Assembly (NCBI GenBank): GCA_034408725.1
Contig: JAWXCN010000182.1
Span: 32,235 to 96,234, forward strand
Length of the DNA: 64,000 nt
Direction of reading: 5' to 3'
Origin: Candidatus Hydrogenedentota bacterium
GTDB taxonomy: Bacteria > Hydrogenedentota > Hydrogenedentia > Hydrogenedentales > SLHB01
Shown here: piece after piece, positions 60,085 through 64,000 of the stretch
Layout: each line of letters opens with the position of its first letter
Position numbering within the stretch: position 1 is the stretch's first letter
The notes under the pieces: generated by a model
Database searches by the model: none
What the model was told of the DNA's origin: nothing
Seen by the model: only the letters and a program-made list of their open reading frames with translations
Translations under genes and position numbers: made by a program

Positions 60085-60900
60085 TTACACCCCTACGATT
60101 TGTGGGTAAGCGCCCCGCAATTGTCCGCGATGATATCGAACCTGGCCAGCCGCGATATCTTCTCGCAGTGTTCCCACATCGCCCCCATAAAGGGCGCCGT
60201 TCGAGTTAAGCAGGCATGTTCCCGATTGCTCTGGTGGGATTTCCGGAACAAGCTCTTGCGCTTCCTTGAGCATTTCGTGCCACGATTTCCCAAGCTCAAC
60301 GGCATCGGGTGGAGTTGAGCCGAAATCCAGAGCGCTCACCTCTGTCCCGGAATAGCGGGCAGTCCGTGCCGCCTCGCAAAGTATGGCGGGCGCTGAAAAC
60401 CCGGGGTCTTTCGCGCTTGCGGCCCAGGCTAGGTATCCGAATCGTTGAATCGTCGTATGGCAGTTGATTATGTCTATCCAATCACGCACCTCGACGCGCC
60501 CCACGAGCGCCAAAACCTTGTTGGTCGCCAGATCAAAAGGATGCAGCGTAAGCCCAAGTTCTTCATGTTCCATCAGTGGGAAAAATCGAAAAGCACTATC
60601 CGTCGCCCATTGTATAACGACGGAGTCATTCGACTTCGATATGACGGCTTCTACATAGCCTTCACGCTCGCGGATGACGCGAATTCCAAAATCGTTTTTT
60701 TCCAGAACAGTGCGGTCCGCAGCCCAACTTGATGACACCGCCACATTTGAATCATGAAAAATATCTATATCGCGAGATAGTCGAGGGCTTTGCGTGATGG
60801 TATTCAGCGCTGCCCCGCCCGCAACGTAACTTTCCCCGTTCGCGATTCGATTGCGTGAAATTAGACGGCAGAGATTTCGTTGGAATGCCGTGAGAGCCAT
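60085..60900 (-). CDS. Nucleotidyltransferase-fold protein, AbiEii/AbiGii (DUF1814)-like candidate toxin.
   Basis: N-terminal YVAGGAALNTITQSPRLSRDIDIFHD has the GG[ST]AL...[ST].D[IL]D[FI] pattern of AbiEii-type nucleotidyltransferases. About 270 aa, typical for the family. Family call is from motif only. Confidence 0.5.
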   Translation of the reverse strand: MALTAFQRNLCRLISRNRIANGESYVAGGAALNTITQSPRLSRDIDIFHDSNVAVSSSWAADRTVLEKNDFGIRVIREREGYVEAVISKSNDSVVIQWATDSAFRFFPLMEHEELGLTLHPFDLATNKVLALVGRVEVRDWIDIINCHTTIQRFGYLAWAASAKDPGFSAPAILCEAARTARYSGTEVSALDFGSTPPDAVELGKSWHEMLKEAQELVPEIPPEQSGTCLLNSNGALYGGDVGTLREDIAAGQVRYHRGQLRGAYPQIVGV

Positions 60901-61094
60901 TGTCGGAGTGGGGCTGCTTTCTGAAACGCGGCAACATCGCCGTGATTTTCGATTGACTGTAGAACGCGAATTGCGTCTTCAACGGATTCCGGATAATAGT
61001 CCTTGCGCAAAAACCACAAACAATGCACGCGGTATTCATCCACTAGCGCATTGACCGCGCGCATGACGGTTGACAGATCCGCGTACAATGCCAA
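60861..61094 (-). CDS. Small hypothetical protein of 77 aa. Its 3' end overlaps the AbiEii-like gene by 40 nt. Possible cognate antitoxin or partner.
   Basis: ORF only. Its position (upstream, overlapping, same strand) fits toxin-antitoxin organisation. No motif recognised. Confidence 0.3.
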   Translation of the reverse strand: MALYADLSTVMRAVNALVDEYRVHCLWFLRKDYYPESVEDAIRVLQSIENHGDVAAFQKAAPLRQWLSRHSNEISAV

Positions 61095-61100
61095 TCCAAT

Positions 61101-62642
61101 TCACCGCGCTTGCGCGGTTATCGGCGTGGGTTCCTGCGTAGACTTGAGCGCAAGATACTTGTTGATGGCGCTCAGATATGCGTGGACCGCCGCCTCGACA
61201 ATATCAGTGCTCGCGCCCGTGCCGTAGAACGACTTTCCATCCAGCAGCACGGCAACATGCGCTTCGCCCAGCGCCTCTTTGCCCGGAGAAGCCGCGCGGA
61301 TTGAAAACTCCTGAAGACGGCCACTGACGCCTACGATCCGCTCGATTGCCGCGCACGCCGCATCGACCGGTCCGTCGCCTGTTGCGGTTTCGGTAAGCTC
61401 TTCCTTGCCGCGGCGGAGTTTCACGAGGGCAATTGTCGGCTCACCCGTGGCAGTTCGAAGTTGTTCGAGCGAATACGTTTCGAAACTTTCGTTTCGCATG
61501 GACGCGATGAGGACGCGCAAATCATCTTCGAAGACTTCCTTTTTCTTGTCCGCCAGCGCAATAAATTTTTCGTACAACTGTTGTACTTCGGCGTCGGTCA
61601 GTTGAAACCCGATGTCGGCGCAACGTTTGGTCAGACCGTGTTTACCCGAATGTTTCCCCAACACCAGATCGTTGCTCTTTCGTCCAACGGATTCCGGAGT
61701 CATTATTTCGTAGGTGATACGGCTCGCGATGACGCCATGTTGATGGATGCCGGCTTCGTGGGCGAAGGCATTGCGCCCCACAATGGGCTTGTTGTAGGAA
61801 ATGGCCAAGCCGGTAATCGCGCCCAGCAGCCGGCTCGTATTGGTCAATTCGTCCGCGACAATATCCGTGTCGTAGGGGTAAACCTGGTGGCGCGTTTTCA
61901 TGGCCATCACAACTTCTTCCAGCGCGGTATTCCCCGCGCGCTCTCCGATGCCGTTCACGCAACATTCTATCTGACGCGCGCCGCCCCGCACCGCGGCGAG
62001 AGCATTCGCGACAGCCAGGCCAAGATCATTGTGGTTGTGGCACGAGAAGACTACCGAATCCGGCGGATTGGTTTTCGCGATTACGTAGCGAAACATCTCT
62101 TCGATTTCCATCGGCGTGGTGTAGCCGACCGTGTCCGGCAGATTGATAACGTCCGCGCCCGCGGCGATTGCGGCGCCCGCGACCTGCGCGAGATATTCAA
62201 GGTCGGTGCGCGTGGCGTCCTCGGCGCTATACTCGACGCGGCCAATCAGACTTTTCGCGAGGCGAACCGATTCGGCAGCGCGATCAAGTACTTCCTGCCG
62301 CGACATTTTCAGCTTAAATTCGAGGTGAATGTCGGACGTGGCCAGGAATGTATGCAGCACTGGACGCTCGGCCTTTTCGATGGCCTTCGCCGCGCGCTCA
62401 ATATCCAGCCGGCTTGCGCGAGCGAGCGCGGCAACCCGCGGCGTTTTGACGCTGGACGCGACCTTCTGGACGCCTTCGAATTCCTGTTCTGACGCGATGG
62501 GAAAACCGGCTTCTATAGTGTCGACATTGAGGCGTTCAAGTTGCAGGGCCATCTGGATTTTCTCTTGAACGTTCATGCTTGCGCCGGGCGATTGCTCACC
62601 GTCGCGAAGCGTGGTATCGAATATTTCGATTCTCGTCAACAC
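61101..62642 (-). CDS. leuA: 2-isopropylmalate synthase / citramalate synthase (LeuA/CimA family, short form). GTG start with a GGAGG ribosome-binding site 8 nt upstream; the track start at 62720 is over-extended.
   Basis: IEIFDTTLRDGEQSPGASM (DRE-TIM barrel start), HTHNDLGLAVAN-type region CHNHNDLGLAVANALAAVRGGA, and a C-terminal LeuA-dimerisation region. Confidence 0.85.
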   Translation of the reverse strand: MLTRIEIFDTTLRDGEQSPGASMNVQEKIQMALQLERLNVDTIEAGFPIASEQEFEGVQKVASSVKTPRVAALARASRLDIERAAKAIEKAERPVLHTFLATSDIHLEFKLKMSRQEVLDRAAESVRLAKSLIGRVEYSAEDATRTDLEYLAQVAGAAIAAGADVINLPDTVGYTTPMEIEEMFRYVIAKTNPPDSVVFSCHNHNDLGLAVANALAAVRGGARQIECCVNGIGERAGNTALEEVVMAMKTRHQVYPYDTDIVADELTNTSRLLGAITGLAISYNKPIVGRNAFAHEAGIHQHGVIASRITYEIMTPESVGRKSNDLVLGKHSGKHGLTKRCADIGFQLTDAEVQQLYEKFIALADKKKEVFEDDLRVLIASMRNESFETYSLEQLRTATGEPTIALVKLRRGKEELTETATGDGPVDAACAAIERIVGVSGRLQEFSIRAASPGKEALGEAHVAVLLDGKSFYGTGASTDIVEAAVHAYLSAINKYLALKSTQEPTPITAQAR

Positions 62643-62725
62643 GCGCCATACCTCCTGAGGCCCCGCGTCCGCGGGAAAAATGCCATGCAAAAGCCTATCA
62701 GAGAGGCTTTTACAGTTCAAAGACT

Positions 62726-63643
62726 ATGCGCACTGTGAACAACGTCCTTGGATTTGGTTGCATTGGCCTCGGCCATCTCCCAAAATGCGTGGGGAAGAGG
62801 AAATTGATATTCATGGGATTCCTGATAGCCATTGCACTTACGTCCTTCGCCGCAGACCCGGTATACGCGCTCGAAAACGGCACTATTCGCATTGAGGTAG
62901 ACCCGCGCTTGTTCGCGATCCGGTACATCGGATTCGAGGGAGGAGAGAATTTTGTTGCGCCATTGACTGTATCACCTGAAATCACTGCGGGCACTGAATG
63001 GGCGGACCCAGGCGGTCTTCACACCGATATACTGCCCTACACGGCCCAGGACGCCGCAGTCCGCCGAGGACCCGCGGAAGTGCTCGAGTACCGCTCCGAC
63101 TATATTTCCATGCTGGGCCCGCCATCCAGCGTGAACGGTATGCGGCTGAAAAAGGAAATTCAGTTGCACAAGACAGGGCCCAGCGCGCGGTTCCGCGTGA
63201 CTGCCCAACGCGCAGCCGCCGAACCAGCACGTGTTGCCTTACGGAATACAGCGCGGATCAAGCCGAATTGCACGCTTCGCATCGAACGCACCGATGGCGA
63301 AATTACTGTCATCGCGGGGCCTGATTCTATTTTCCCGGCGGTGGTGAAATCCCGCAGGTTTTGGCTGATACCGGTTCCGCCGACATCGGAAATGCGGGGA
63401 GTGGTGCTGGGCGCCGCAATCTCCCGCGTGACGACCGTGACTGACAGCGGCACATGGACGCGGCGGCTGGCCGATCCATCGACGAGCGAGTCCGAACTTC
63501 CGCACGGTGTGGCGTGGTTGTGTTTGCTCGACGATCCGACGAAGAGTTACGGCAGTGCGTTCCAAGGGATGTACGCGGAAGTAAACGAAGGCGGCCTAAC
63601 GACCCTGGAGGAAGTGTGGGAATTCGATCGGCGCGGCCGATAG
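62726..63643 (+). CDS. Secreted hypothetical protein. An alternative start is the ATG at 62810.
   Basis: Signal peptide KRKLIFMGFLIAIALTSFAADPVYA. No motif recognised. Confidence 0.5.
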   Translation: MRTVNNVLGFGCIGLGHLPKCVGKRKLIFMGFLIAIALTSFAADPVYALENGTIRIEVDPRLFAIRYIGFEGGENFVAPLTVSPEITAGTEWADPGGLHTDILPYTAQDAAVRRGPAEVLEYRSDYISMLGPPSSVNGMRLKKEIQLHKTGPSARFRVTAQRAAAEPARVALRNTARIKPNCTLRIERTDGEITVIAGPDSIFPAVVKSRRFWLIPVPPTSEMRGVVLGAAISRVTTVTDSGTWTRRLADPSTSESELPHGVAWLCLLDDPTKSYGSAFQGMYAEVNEGGLTTLEEVWEFDRRGR

Positions 63644-64000
63644 TGGATGAACTTGGTAGAACTCCAGCGGCTTTCAGGCGGCTGGGCCGCCCTTTTTTAA
63701 CACTGATCTTCGTTATCGTGCTTGCAACCATCTTTTCTCCAACCCGCGACGGCTACCCTATTTTCTGGAATACCGGCAATCTTTTGAATATCGCCCGGCA
63801 AATTTCGGAGACAGGGATATTGGCCATCGCGATGACGCTTGTAATTATCGCCGGTGGAATTGACCTCTCCGTGGGTTCACTGTTGGCCCTTTCCGGAACT
63901 GCGTTTGCAGTGCTCTTTGTCCGGACATCAATCCCATTGCCTGTCGCTCTCACCGCAACACTCGCAATCACCACCGCGTTTGGCCTGATGAACGGCATGA
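63643..64000 (+). CDS. Sugar ABC transporter permease (RbsC/AraH-like, BPD_transp_2 family). 5'-complete with GTG start overlapping the upstream stop by 1 nt (taGTG), 3' runs off the window.
   Basis: My translation: FRRLGRPFLTLIFVIVLATIFSP...NLLNIARQISETGILAIAMTLVIIAGGIDLSVGSLLALSG, the hallmark N-terminal region of ribose-type ABC permeases. Confidence 0.7.
   Translation, partial: MDELGRTPAAFRRLGRPFLTLIFVIVLATIFSPTRDGYPIFWNTGNLLNIARQISETGILAIAMTLVIIAGGIDLSVGSLLALSGTAFAVLFVRTSIPLPVALTATLAITTAFGLMNGM

Overview
High-GC (~58-60%) chromosomal segment from a Gram-negative bacterium, densely packed with about 60 genes on both strands. The organism looks flagellated, and the mix of Tat-exported Gfo/Idh/MocA oxidoreductases, a sulfatase with the CxPxR motif and a PEP-CTERM protein fits an aquatic or soil polysaccharide degrader, perhaps PVC-, Acidobacteria- or Hydrogenedentes-like. 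I cannot place it from sequence alone.

No rRNA, tRNA, CRISPR array, transposase or integrase was found.

Housekeeping genes I recognise:
- ileS, then a DksA/TraR zinc finger gene, then lgt
- secA
- thiC with a translationally coupled rhodanese
- leuA/cimA
- a Fe/Mn superoxide dismutase, a HemY-type protoporphyrinogen oxidase, gmhA, a Dus-family tRNA-dihydrouridine synthase and ppk2

Accessory or unusual content, left to right:
1. A large glycosyltransferase-glycosyltransferase-methyltransferase fusion ORF of more than 765 aa runs off the left edge, downstream of fliW-csrA. It is missing from the ORF track because it has no stop codon in the window.
2. Two sigma54 enhancer-binding proteins. 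One is XylR-N/V4R-type with a variant GAFLGA loop. The other is FHA-type with canonical GAFTGA.
3. A protein fusing an MshEN-like c-di-GMP-binding motif to an HDOD domain.
4. An srsABC-like phenolic-lipid cluster: methyltransferase, flavoprotein, type III PKS.
5. An orphan frameshifted ParD antitoxin relic.
6. A BlaI / BlaR1-like (M56) / class-C beta-lactamase-family triad.
7. An AbiEii-like nucleotidyltransferase with a small overlapping upstream ORF.
8. An antisense relic of a PEP-CTERM paralogue.
9. A 25-nt GC-rich repeat present as two hairpin-forming inverted pairs that flank a Gfo/Idh/MocA gene and supply its last codons.

The ORF track treats GTG and TTG as M and omits ORFs that run off the window edges. 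Many listed N-termini are therefore over-extended; I give corrected starts where I could support them. My best candidates for an undescribed system are items 1, 4 and 9.
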